Shown piece after piece: positions 20,474 through 32,430 of a DNA stretch of 64,000 nucleotides. The stretch spans positions 1 through 64,000 of the forward strand of contig CAXHJY010000117.1 of NCBI GenBank assembly GCA_964016885.1, written 5' to 3'. A program made the position numbers and the translations under genes. This stretch comes from Eledone cirrhosa. Taxonomy: Eukaryota. The stretch's first letter is position 1, and each line of letters begins with the position of its first letter. Below the pieces are notes generated by a model. The model worked only from the letters and a program-made list of their open reading frames with translations, was not told the DNA's origin and did not search any database.

Positions 20474-20667
20474 GCATATATATACATACATATACATATA
20501 TACATAGATACATATATGCATACATACATATATACATATGTAAGTATGTATATATATATTTATACATATATACATATATAGACACATATATATATTTATT
20601 TATATATATATGTATATATACATATTTATATATATATATATATATGTATACATATGTATATGTATAT

Positions 20668-20723
<56 letters not shown>

Positions 20724-20762
20724 TCACATGTAGATATATGTATATATATGTACATACATACA
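19895..20762. repeat. (TA)n/(TACA)n/(CA)n microsatellite
   Basis: Direct inspection. Confidence 0.95.
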
Positions 20763-21203
20763 CAATTGACCGTGCGTGTTGAATACACGTTTCTTAACAA
20801 GACTTCACTCATGCTACACAAATATCGCATTGTTTCATGTTTTCATTCTCTCTCTTAACTCCTCTCTCCCCTCTCCCTCTCTCTATCGCCCCTCTCGCCC
20901 CTCTCTCTCTCTCTCCCTATCCCTCTCTTTCCCCTCTACCGTTCTCCCCCCCTATTTCTCTATCCCCCTCTCTTCCCCTCCCTCTTTCTCTCACCCCCTC
21001 TCTTTCTCTCTCTCTCAGAATATATATATATATACATATATATATATTTCCATTGACAGTACATTATTTGGTACATCTTCTGGTTTCAATATCATCGTAT
21101 TCCACGATCATTCCATAAACTCTTCATATAAATACCCTGTATGTTTGCTTTACTGATACTCTCAATTCCTTATGATCGTCTTAATAGATATGTAAATAGA
21201 TTA

Positions 21204-21262
<59 letters not shown>

Positions 21263-21287
21263 GTTCACAAACACACATTTATATATA

Positions 21288-21600
21288 CACACACACATTT
21301 ATATATACACACACACACATTTTCCTTCATATATACACACGCACAAATGGTTTTTATTGACGATAAATATACATGCATGTACATAGAATATTTGAAAAAC
21401 TATATTATGTTCTGGATAAATACATGTATATGTGTATATATATACACACACACATTTATATATACACACACAGATTTTCCTTCATATATACACACACACA
21501 CAAATGGTTTTTATTGACGATAAATATACATGCATGTACATAGAATATTTGAAAAACTATATTATGTTCTGGATAAATACATGTATATGTGTATATATAC
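21288..21600 (+). repeat. About 155-bp tandem duplication
   Basis: CACAAATGGTTTTTATTGACGATAAATATACATGCATGTACATAGAATATTTG...TTCTGGATAAATAC occurs twice. Confidence 0.85.
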
Positions 21601-21933
21601 ATACACACACATATATATAAATAGATTTTCATTCATATTGTGGATATATACATATATATGAGTATGTATACATACACATACATATATATATATACACGCA
21701 TTTTCATTCATATTGTGGATATATACATATGTGTATAAATACATACACATACATATGGATGTACACACATTTTCGTTCCTATGCTCACACACATAAATGG
21801 TTTTTAATGAAGGTAAACATATATCCATGTGTATATATGCAATATTTAAGATTATATACTATATTCTAGTAATCGCTCTGTATAATCAGCTTCTGATTTT
21901 TTCTGGAATTCTATAAGAATCCAGCTTATATAA

Positions 21934-22022
21934 TTTTCGGCGAAAGCGGGGAGTGCGTGGCTCTGATGATCGCCAACAGCGTGAAACAAGCTGTTAGCTT
22001 CTCTCCCTTCTTTCGCCGAAAA
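21934..22022 (+). ncRNA. Type I hammerhead ribozyme with extended stem I
   Basis: TTTTCGGCGAAAG..GGGAG..GGCT-CTGATGA(21963)-TCGC CAACA GCGT-GAAA(21983)-CAAGCTG-TT-AGCT..CTCCC..CTTTCGCCGAAAA. Confidence 0.85.
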
Positions 22023-22104
22023 GAAGTGACATAGTCACTACTTTAAAACCGATAGCGTATGCTCTTCAAGATATTTTTAATTAAACATACAGTATATTGC
22101 CAAA

Positions 22105-22176
<72 letters not shown>

Positions 22177-22404
22177 GCAAATGTTCTATTTAAATTGTTG
22201 GGATACAACAAGCAAATATTTTTATAACTGATATAAAGCACTCGACAAGTATTTTCTTTTTTTCTCTCTCTCCGTCATTTTCCTTCTCCGTAAGACAATG
22301 ACTTACTAAGATAAACAAATCCAATATCCCTGATGTCTTCCAAAAGTAACGGTTGCATTTTGAAAGGGTATGTCAAAATTTATTTATAAAACTGGTATAT
22401 ATTG

Positions 22405-22469
22405 TATTTTGTCTGATGAAAGCATACCATAATTTAACATGGTATCCTTGAAATATGTATAATAAAATA
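22405..22469 (+). ncRNA. Type I hammerhead motif, family A
   Basis: TATTTTGT-CTGATGA(22413)-AAGC-ATACCAT/ATGGTAT-CCTT-GAAA(22450)-TATGTA-TA-ATAAAATA. Confidence 0.78.
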
Positions 22470-22505
22470 GATATGGTTTTATAAATATAGTTTCGATTTG
22501 TTAAT

Positions 22506-22546
<41 letters not shown>

Positions 22547-22699
22547 TATACTACAGGGCAGAAATGCTACAGAGCAGAAATACAATGAAGATGTTTTCTT
22601 CCAGACAACTGTCTTGAATCATCGGACATTCGGAGACATTTGCCTGGAGGAAACGATCGTCAGCAATTAGATGCCTTAAAAGATTTGATTGTTTCATAT

Positions 22700-23181
22700 G
22701 TTGTATATATATATATATATATATTTATTTAATGTATATATATATATACATATATATTTAATGTATATATTTAATGTATATATATATACATATATATTTA
22801 ATGTATATATTTAATGTATATATATATACATATATATTTAATGTATATATATATATATTTAATGTATATATACATATATTTAATGTGTGTATATATATTG
22901 TTAACCTGTATATACCCATATATATATATATATATTTAATGTGTATATATATATATATATATATTTAATGTGTGTATATATATATATATATTTAATATGT
23001 ATATATATATATATTTAATATGTATATATATATATTTAAAAAGTATATATATATTTAATAAGTATATATATATTTAATGTGTATATATATTTAATGTGTG
23101 TATATATATATATATATTGTGTATATATATATATATTGTGTATATATATATATATTTAATGTGTATATATATATATATTTA

Positions 23182-23212
<31 letters not shown>

Positions 23213-23243
23213 ATGTGTATATATATATATATATATATATTTA

Positions 23244-23314
<71 letters not shown>

Positions 23315-23472
23315 TTAATGTGTATATATATATATATATTTAATGTATATATATATATTTAATGTATATATATATATTTAATGTATATATATATATTTAA
23401 TGTATATATATATATAAAATGTGTATATATATATAAAATGTGTATATATATATTTAATGTGTATATATATAT

Positions 23473-23506
<34 letters not shown>

Positions 23507-23651
23507 ATTTAATGTGTGTGTATATATATATATTTAATGTGTATATATATATATATAATGTATATATATATATATATAATGTATATATATATATATATTT
23601 AATGTGTATATATATATATATTTAATGTGTATATATATATATATATATTTA

Positions 23652-23737
<86 letters not shown>

Positions 23738-23781
23738 ATGTGTATATATATATATATATATATTGTGTATATATATATTTA

Positions 23782-23822
<41 letters not shown>

Positions 23823-23866
23823 ATGTGTATATATATATATATATATATTGTGTATATATATATTTA

Positions 23867-23898
<32 letters not shown>

Positions 23899-23903
23899 AT
23901 TTA

Positions 23904-23947
<44 letters not shown>

Positions 23948-24033
23948 TTAATGTGTATATATATACATATATATATGTATATATATTTAATGTATATATA
24001 TATACATATATATATGTATATATATTTAATGTG

Positions 24034-24066
<33 letters not shown>

Positions 24067-24081
24067 TTAATGTGTATATAT

Positions 24082-24132
<51 letters not shown>

Positions 24133-24140
24133 TATGTGTG

Positions 24141-24172
<32 letters not shown>

Positions 24173-24210
24173 ATGTGTACATATATATAAATATATATAT
24201 ATATTTAATG
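22700..24210. repeat. (TA)n microsatellite with TTTAATGTG spacers
   Basis: Direct inspection. Confidence 0.95.
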
Positions 24211-24281
24211 CACATGCGTATGAGAGGGGGATCAAGTGATGACAATTCTTGAAATTAATAAGTAGCCATAAAACACACACA

Positions 24282-24313
<32 letters not shown>

Positions 24314-25157
24314 CACATACACATATAAACACACACAGACGTGTGTGTGTTTATGTGTCTGTATTTATATATATATATGTGTCTGTATTTATATATATAT
24401 ATGTGTCTGTATTTATATATATATATGTGTCTGTGTTTATATATATATATGTGTGTGTGTTTATATATATATATATGTATATATATGTTTGTGTGTGGGT
24501 ACAGATAGCTGGGCAAAATACCTGGGTCGTTAGCGATGTCTGTCCCGTTGTTTGTCTCAATACATAACAATACTATCTTTAATAATAACCCTCACTGAAG
24601 AGCCAGTAAAGTATGTGATATCATTGATATACTCTGTATTAAACTACATATTTCTCTACCTACTCTATATAACATACAATCATTTTGTTCACTAAGTCGC
24701 TATTATGTTTCTTTCTATTGACAAGGCTCCCTGGTAAATGCCACAGCTGACACCCTCTCTAATTAGCTAATTAGAGCTGTGTTTGTGTACAACCATGTAG
24801 ATGCTCTTACGTGCATCTACATGGTTGTACCCCCCCCCCCACACACACACACGAAAAATAATTGTTTTTATAAGAACAATTCATCCATATAAGATGCTCT
24901 ACCTGGAAACTTAAAAGTGTAATTATTTTTCCTATGTATTGCGACTTTTGGTCCAACCTGTATATATGTATATAGATATGTTTATGTGTGTGTGAGTGTG
25001 TGTGAGTCCCGGGTTCAATCGGGGGTAACCACACGTACTCAATACAATATATATGTATGTGTATATATGTATGTGTATATATGTATATATATATATATAG
25101 CGGCGATGAATTAGTTTTGCGAGGTTTTTTTTATATGAAATCGTGTGTCGAAACAAA

Positions 25158-25609
25158 TATTGTTATACTTGGGGAGGGTCATATTTGTGTAATATTGCCA
25201 GAATTAATAACAGAACACACTCACTGTTTGGTTGGTTTTCACTTCTCGCTTCTGTGTCTTTTATATCGGTAATCTAACTTACTCGGTCCTCAATGTTGCC
25301 ATTGACTGACCGACGGTCAAAAATAATACAGATACAAACACATATATATAGTTTATCATAAATCTTTCCTTGCACATCTGCAACATCGTCAGTGGTGCTA
25401 TATTTTCCTCCTGTTATATATGTGTTTGTGTCTATATTGTATTTGTATTATTTTTGACCGTCGGTCAGTCAATGGCAACATTGACCACCGAATAAATTAG
25501 ATTACCGATATAAAAGACACAGAAGCGAGAAGCGAAAACCAACCAAACAGTGAGTGTGTTCTGTTATTAATGCTGGCAATATTACACAAATATGACCCTC
25601 CCCAAGTAT

Positions 25610-25617
<8 letters not shown>
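25158..25617. mobile_element. Fold-back element, family C
   Basis: About 190-bp inverted repeat 25158-25350 / 25414-25617; followed by (TA)n. Confidence 0.8.
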
Positions 25618-25657
<40 letters not shown>

Positions 25658-25895
25658 CGCGCTCTGTGTGTGAATATATATCCAACACAAATGCTCCCTC
25701 CCTCAGTAAGTTTTCCCCTCTCTAGCATAAATATGGGTGTTTACGAGTGTTTTTGTTGTGTATTTATGGAAATACAATATATGAATCTGTAATTCCTGGT
25801 GAAATAAGACATGCTGTATTGTCAAATAACGTTTTTTGGGGCATCTGAGAGGGTCCAAGCTCTCATCGAGGGTCGTAGAGAAAGGGAGAGAGAAA

Positions 25896-25933
<38 letters not shown>

Positions 25934-26075
25934 TCTCAGCTGATACTTTTTTACTCGAAAAGATTAAAGGTTAAGTTGACACAGGTGGGATTTGAACGTA
26001 TAACGCGAAACATTTGATCCGGCTTTCTAACGAAAGTGCCAAATCGTTGAATCTCTATCAATATATGAATGCATG

Positions 26076-26407
26076 GTAGAGAGTCGGACGCCATGCTTTC
26101 CAGCATAGTTACGTCCCTTTACGATCTGAGTTCAAATCCGGCCGAGGTTGACTTTCCCTTTCATCCTTACGGGGGTCGATAAAATAAAGTACCAGTAATG
26201 CACTGGGTAATTTGCTGGCCTTGTGCCAAAAGTAGAAACAATTATTAACTACTGCAAAATCATTTGATTTGCAGTAATCGATAGAGCGTCAGTCAACATG
26301 CTTTGCAGCATAGAGGTTAGCTTTGCCTTTCATCCTTACGGGGTCGATAAAATAAAGTACCAGTAATGCACTGGGTAATTGCTGGCCTTGTGCCTAAAGT
26401 AGAAACA
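26076..26407 (+). mobile_element. Composite (dimeric) SINE with 16-bp TSD
   Basis: Two SINE bodies (26076-26243, about 26270-26407); AATATATGAATGCATG at 26060-26075 and 26408-26423. Confidence 0.85.
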
Positions 26408-26533
26408 AATATATGAATGCATGTTCCCGTAACTCCTGGGTTTGTCGTAGAGGCTATGTATTGACATAGAGTTGCTTAGGGCGGCTTTTTAAAAACCTGG
26501 TGGAGCTCAGTTCATCTCCATATGTCGTCCAGA

Positions 26534-26620
26534 GGAAGTGAGAGAGGAAGTGAGAGAGGAAGTGAGAGAGGAAGTGAGAGAGGAGGTGAGAGAGGAGGTG
26601 AGAGAGGAGGTGAGAGAGAG
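26534..26620. repeat. 12-bp minisatellite (GAGGA[A/G]GTGAGA)n
   Basis: About 7 tandem units. Confidence 0.9.
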
Positions 26621-26639
26621 ATATACAGGAGGAATTGAG

Positions 26640-26750
26640 CCCATGATGAAATGTAAAATTGACGTCAACGGGATTTGAACTGAGAATGCAGAGAGTCGGG
26701 ACAAATAGTGGAAAGTATTTTATCCGACGTTCTGCCAGTTTGCCGCCATA
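26640..26750 (-). mobile_element. Diverged tRNA-SINE head
   Basis: Minus strand reads GGCGGCAAACTGGCAGAA...GTCGGA...TTGTCCCGACTCTCT...AGTTCAAATCCCG. Confidence 0.65.
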
Positions 26751-26829
26751 TCAATGCCTGCAAATGATACGACCTCTCCCTGATATATTACGTGAGGGCG
26801 TTTATTGAATTCAGTACAATGATGTTTCT

Positions 26830-27123
26830 TTGCAAAATTGGGACCTCCGACATAATCCACAATGTAAAGGAAAGGAAGATAAACAAATGCCGGCGATTGT
26901 CCGGCCGCTTCCTCTTCGTACAGGTCGCCGTCCAGACTTCAAGCATACTCGGACCCCGTACTGCCGTGCTCCTCCGAAAGATCGGAACGTCAACAGCCCC
27001 GTCTGGGGAAAGGAGACCCGCGAGGTTGAGTGGTTGTTGCAGCGGGTGTCGCTGGCCATTGTCCGCGGGAATGCTTTTGCGATCTTGTCCGTTGGGCGCA
27101 GCTGCGTTTCTGCTGCGCCCTAG
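26830..27123 (+). pseudogene. Frameshifted C-terminal fragment of a non-LTR retrotransposon with restriction-like endonuclease (CRE-like)
   Basis: Frame 1 KERKINKCRRLSGRFLFVQVAVQTSSILGPRTAVLLRKIG, then another frame REVEWLLQRVSLAIVRGNAFAIL; matches the remembered K-x-x-KY..F-x-P-x-AVET-x-G..QR-x-S-x-A-x-x-RGNA pattern. Confidence 0.7.
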
Positions 27124-27581
27124 GCCTAGAGACCATCACCCCCGAACCAACCCCTCACCTCCATTCTTCTGTGACCCAGATCTTTGCCCTTACCTTCTTT
27201 TCCTGTGTTCATAACCACAAAAGACACTTGAATTTTTTTACAATAAATCGCATTTACAAATAAAATGGAGAAATTGGAAAAACAGCATTATGTAACTATG
27301 AATTATGTATATATATATATTTAGATATGTATATGGTATATATATATATATATATATTAGAGAGAGAGAGAGAGCATATTTATATGTAACTACGGCTTAT
27401 TTATATATATATGTATATGTATGTATATGTATATATTTATATGTAACTATGTGTATATGTAAATATGGTCATATATAAATATATATATGACCAAAGATTA
27501 ATATGGTTCATTGATTACTCAATGAATACAGATTTACAATAGATTAAAAACACCCAACAAGGAAGTTTTCTGGAGTTATTA

Positions 27582-27758
27582 ATATTATTCAAAATATTAA
27601 TAAATGAAGACATTCACATAATCAAAATATATATTTTATTATATATATTTCGAAGGTACTGTGCTGTTTTTTCAGTACGTCCTCATCAGATAAAATACAT
27701 GAATTGATGTATGACATATATTTTGATTATGTGAATGTCTTCATTTATTACTATTTTG

Positions 27759-27766
<8 letters not shown>
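27582..27766. mobile_element. Fold-back element with hammerhead in the loop (family A-related)
   Basis: Inverted repeat 27582-27631 / 27716-27766. Confidence 0.7.
27632..27697 (-). ncRNA. Type I hammerhead motif
   Basis: Minus strand reads TATTTTAT-CTGATGA-GGAC-GTACTG/CAGTAC-CTTC-GAAA-TATATA-TA-ATAAAATA. Confidence 0.78.
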
Positions 27767-27789
<23 letters not shown>

Positions 27790-27985
27790 GGGCGGGTAAA
27801 ATTCCCGAGATCCATGGACGAGTTCTTTCCAGCGGTCTCTGTCCCTCATTATCGCTGCCATGTCCTGCTTCTCCAACAGACCGGTGTCTGTCCTTAGGGC
27901 ATCGGCATACGTTAACCTTGGTCTTCCACTTCCAGTGTGTCCATGTAGAGGCTCCCACAGGAGTATGGGGTGGCAGTTTCCCTCT
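27790..27985 (-). mobile_element. RTE-like LINE 3' fragment
   Basis: Minus-strand translation PILLWEPLHGHTGSGRPRLTYADALRTDTGLLEKQDMAAIMRDRDRWKELV, typical of an RTE ORF C-terminus; ends in (TA)n. Confidence 0.75.
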
Positions 27986-28169
27986 CTCTCAAAAAAGCGG
28001 GATACATGTATAGTAACTATAGAACTCCATGAAGAAATGAATGTTGCCGATTCCTTCTAACAACAACTTGTCTTAAACATCTATAAAGACACGGACGAAT
28101 CGAGATGGTTCTGCCACCGTACATATGTCTATATATTCATATATATATATTATATATATATATATATAA

Positions 28170-28300
28170 CAAAGGAATTGTGGTAAGGAACCAGATGGAC
28201 CATAACGCACCAAAGTACTCAATACTTAGGGTAGTAGAGTGGATAATAGGAACGAGTCGAAACGGCTCGAGCTCAGCCGTCGGGGTCCTACTCGTTCCTA
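28170..28300. mobile_element. Short fold-back repeat, family B
   Basis: Same head as 13870; ATAGGAACGAGT / ACTCGTTCCTAT inverted ends. Confidence 0.7.
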
Positions 28301-28378
28301 TATATATATATATATATAATAAATGCTCGATAAGGATAAATATGTATCAAATATATAAGAACCCTAGAGCAAATATTT

Positions 28379-28510
28379 ATTAAAATAACAGATCAAAGTT
28401 TAAGCAAAGAATCGCTGCTTTCACCCTTAACAGGATCTTCTGAAGGTCAGTTTCAGAAGATCCCGTTAAGGGTGAAAGTAGCGAATCTTTGCCTAAACTT
28501 TAATCTTTTA

Positions 28511-28517
<7 letters not shown>
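28379..28517. mobile_element. Short palindromic element, family F
   Basis: About 65-bp inverted arms around 28445-28451; the right arm recurs alone at 17749-17810. Confidence 0.7.
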
Positions 28518-28568
<51 letters not shown>

Positions 28569-28828
28569 AGTGTGTGTGTGTAAATATGTGTATATATGTG
28601 TGTGCGTAAATATTTGTATATATATGTGTGTGTGTGTGTAAATATTTGTATATATATATATATGTGTGTGTGTGAGTAAATATTGGTATATATGTGTGTG
28701 TGTGTAAATATCTGTGTATATGTATGTATCTGTGTCTGTGTGTGTTTATATATATATATGTATGTGTGAAAATACATATATGTATACGTGTGCATATGTG
28801 TATGTATATATATATTTGTGTATATATG

Positions 28829-28869
<41 letters not shown>

Positions 28870-28948
28870 ATATATATATTTGTGTATATATGTATATATA
28901 TGTGTGTATGTATATATATATTTGTGTATATATGTATATATATGTGTG

Positions 28949-28981
<33 letters not shown>

Positions 28982-29084
28982 GCGTGTGTGTTTCTATGTA
29001 TATATATAAACAGAAATAACTACACAACCTGTACAGTATATGGAAGGTATATATTAGGTTAAAGCTTGATATAGCAGGAAGAGG

Positions 29085-29122
29085 CTCTTAACGTTTCGGA
29101 CGCTAGTCCTTCATCAGAAGAA
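29085..29122 (-). ncRNA. Minimal type I hammerhead motif
   Basis: Minus strand reads TTCTT-CTGATGA-A-GGAC TAGC GTCC-GAAA-CG-TT-AAGAG; palindromic AACGTT stem III; homolog at 54141. Confidence 0.78.
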
Positions 29123-29214
29123 AGAATGAGAAATAAGATAGATGGAGGGGACGGGCGGGATGGAATTGGAAAAAATGTCTTTAGATAAAAATAACAGGTC
29201 CATTCATGTTGACA

Positions 29215-30405
29215 TCTTTATATATATAAAAGCGAGGATGTGTGTGTCTGTGTACAACTTTATATGCATAAGGCTTTCACAATTACCAACTGAATTTTCT
29301 GTGCACGTTGCACAGGTCGCTAAGATTGTCACATCACAAACATTTTTCAAATCGACCCACGTTGAGCAATAAAAAATCGATATTAAAATTATCGGTAGAA
29401 AAATAGATGTAAGGGAGATAACAAACTTTATTGACAATCCTTATAAAAAAGGGAGATAACCAACTTTTCAGAAAGTGGTTTACCTCCTAATACATTGGTT
29501 CTGAAAGAGGGAACACCAGTTATTTTGCTGAGAAATATCACTCCTCCAAAACTATGCAATGGTACAAGCCTTGTGGTTAAAAAACTGTCTCCACTTAGTA
29601 TTGACGCTACCATTCTATCCGGATTTAGAAAAGGCGAGGATGCGATAACAAAAATTAGCCTGACTACATCAGGCGTGGATACTCCCTTCTCCTTTCGCCG
29701 AACCCAATTTCCCCTTCGTGTTGCCTTTGCGATGTCCATAAACAAGTCGCAAGGTCAAACTCTCTCCCTCGCTGGAATTCACTTGGATGAACCTTGCTTT
29801 TCGCACGGACAATTCTACGTTGCCTGCTCACAAGATGGCAGTCGAGATAATCTCTTTGTGTTTGTTCCGAAAAGAAAAACAAAGAATATCGTCTATCGTC
29901 TATCCTGAGGTGATTTAATGTTAACAAAAAAACTTATTACAGCTCTGCCTTAACTTCACCTTACTCATTACAAAACATATCAATGAATATGTCATGCAGG
30001 ATATTTTGGATTAAAAGTTAAAAATTTAACCATACACAGCAAAGGATGCTCTCAAAGAATAGATTTTCTCTTATTCTACTCTCATTGTTTTTTTTTTTTT
30101 GTTTGTATACAACTCTTCTTTCATTACAACCTTTTGTACTTTAGCAAAACTGCCTGTTTTTTTACAGATTTGCAACGTGTATTGTCTTTAATCATTTGTA
30201 TAACTACATCCTCTTCAGTGTTTTCCTTCATTATCAACATAGTTTTATGTGTACAAAGATTGCACTAAATATTCGTTTGCATTAATTATTGAAGACTTCT
30301 GATTATTTTGACAGGTTGGGGACAAATAATGTTCTTCTTTTACTTCCTAGCTGTATATTCTTAGCATAATTTCAAACCCCGAGCAACGCCGAGTAAATCT
30401 GCTAG
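29215..30405 (+). mobile_element. Internally deleted Helitron (about 1.19 kb)
   Basis: A|TC 5' end at 29215; subterminal hairpin at about 30378-30395; CTAG|T 3' end at 30402-30405; internal PIF1-helicase fragment. Confidence 0.85.
29474..29908 (+). pseudogene. Helitron RepHel PIF1-like helicase, C-terminal fragment
   Basis: SGLPPNTLVLKEGTPVILLRNITPPKLCNGT...FRRTQFPLRVAFAMSINKSQGQTL...PCFSHGQFYVACS...TKNIVY. Confidence 0.92.
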
Positions 30406-30440
<35 letters not shown>

Positions 30441-30455
30441 TTGTAAATATATATG

Positions 30456-30495
<40 letters not shown>

Positions 30496-30599
30496 GCGAT
30501 GAGTCTTTGATTACAGCGTCGGCTTAGATCGATACAGTTTGAACCTTGAGCTGATCAATAGCGAAACGCACGTCACCAACCAATAAACGAAATGAAGGA

Positions 30600-30632
<33 letters not shown>

Positions 30633-30854
30633 ATATTATATATATATAGTGTGTGTGTGTGTTTAAGAGATAGTAACTGTGATATGTCGAAGTTGATAGT
30701 GAGGGTTGTAGTGATGTAGAGAAATGTTATGAGAGGAAAGGTGGGGGCGGGGGTAGTAGGGAGGTGGCGGGGAGTCAGTCTAAATGTTTGGCGCCAAATA
30801 GAAGTTCTGATACTGTCTGACTGACTGATGATATTACTGACATCTACAGTGTGG

Positions 30855-31690
30855 CTATTATCACTATCGTTATCATCATCATCATCATCGTTATCATCAT
30901 CATCATCATCTTAACAATCATCATCATCACTATCTTAATCACCATCATCATTGTTGCAACCATCATCGCCATCTTAACTATCTATCATCATCATCATCAT
31001 CATTTTAACCATCATCATCATCATCATCACAGCTAGCAGCAGCATCGCAAACATAATCATCATCATCATCATCATCACCACCACCACCACATCATCATAA
31101 CCATCATCATCAGAACTATAACCATCAGAACCATAACCATTACATGCATCATCATTATCGTCATTATCATCATCACGATCGCCATCATGATTATCGTTGT
31201 CATAATCGATTTCATCACCATCATCACCATACTCGTTATCCTAAACATAACCACCACCACCACAACAGTCTCCACCACCAGTCTCCACCACCACCAGTCT
31301 CCACCACCAGTCTCCACCACCACCACCAACACCAGTCTCCACCACCAACACCAGTCTCCACCACCACCACAGTCTCCACCACCACCACAGTCTCCACCAC
31401 CACCACAGTCTCCACCACCACCACCACCACCACCACAGTCTCCACCACCACAGTCTCCACCACAGTCTCCACCACCACAGTCTCCACCACAGTCTCCACC
31501 ACCACAGTCTCCACCACCACCACCACCACCACAGTCTCCACCACCACCACCACCACCACAGTCTCCACCACCACCACCACCACCACAGTCTCCACCACCA
31601 CCACCACCACCACAGTCTCCACCACCACCACAGTCTCCACCACCACCACAGTCTCCATCACCTCCCCTACCACCACAGCCTCCACCACCA
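30855..31690. repeat. (CAT)n grading into (CAC)n-CAGTCT compound repeat
   Basis: Direct inspection. Confidence 0.92.
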
Positions 31691-31819
31691 TTACCAGTAT
31701 GCCCATCACTCAAATATATCTGATAGCAGATCACATGACGCCCACGTCACGTGATGATGTCACATGCCATCTTGACGTCATGTTTACACAGGAGCTGTAG
31801 ATGTTGTTTGTGGCGTACG

Positions 31820-32430
31820 TGGTGAGGGTGGTGGTGGTGATGACGACGATGGTGGAGGAGGTGGTGGTGATGACGACGATGGTGGAGGAGGTGGTAGTGA
31901 TGACGACGATGGTGGAGGAGGTGGTAGTGATGACGACGATGGTGGAGGAGGAGGTGGTAGAGATGACGACGATGGTGGAGGAGGTGGTGGTGGAGGAGGT
32001 GGTAGTGATTTTTGTTGTTGTTGTTGTTGTTGGTTGTGGCGATGTGTTGTTGTTGTTGTTGTCATACAGTACCCCTTCATGACCCATCTATCGTCACAAA
32101 CACTGTCACACTCACACTCACACTCACACACTCTCACTCTCACTCTCACTCACACTCACACACTCACACTCATACACACTCACTCACACACTCACACTCA
32201 CTCACACTCACACACTCACACTCACACCGTCACATACACTCACACACTCACTCACACTCAGTCACATACTCACACACTCAATCACATACTCACACACTCA
32301 ATCACAATCAGTCACATACTCACACACTCAATCACAATCAGTCACATACTCACACACTCAGTCACATACTCACACACTGTCACACACACACATACACACA
32401 CACACACATACTCACACTCACTCTCTCTCT
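31820..32430. repeat. 30-bp GGT-rich minisatellite, (GTT)n and (CACACT)n
   Basis: GGTGGTAGTGATGACGACGATGGTGGAGGA about x5, then CACACT runs. Confidence 0.9.

Noticed and set aside
24595-24650. CTGAAGA box (similar isolated boxes at about 19853, 30823, 32593, 33478)
   Set aside because: No properly placed GAAA/UH or pairing stems; expected by chance.
31075-32149. Extensin-like (SPPPP), Gly-rich or mucin-like ORFs
   Set aside because: Trinucleotide-based repeats open in many frames on both strands; no non-repetitive domain. An exon cannot be fully excluded.
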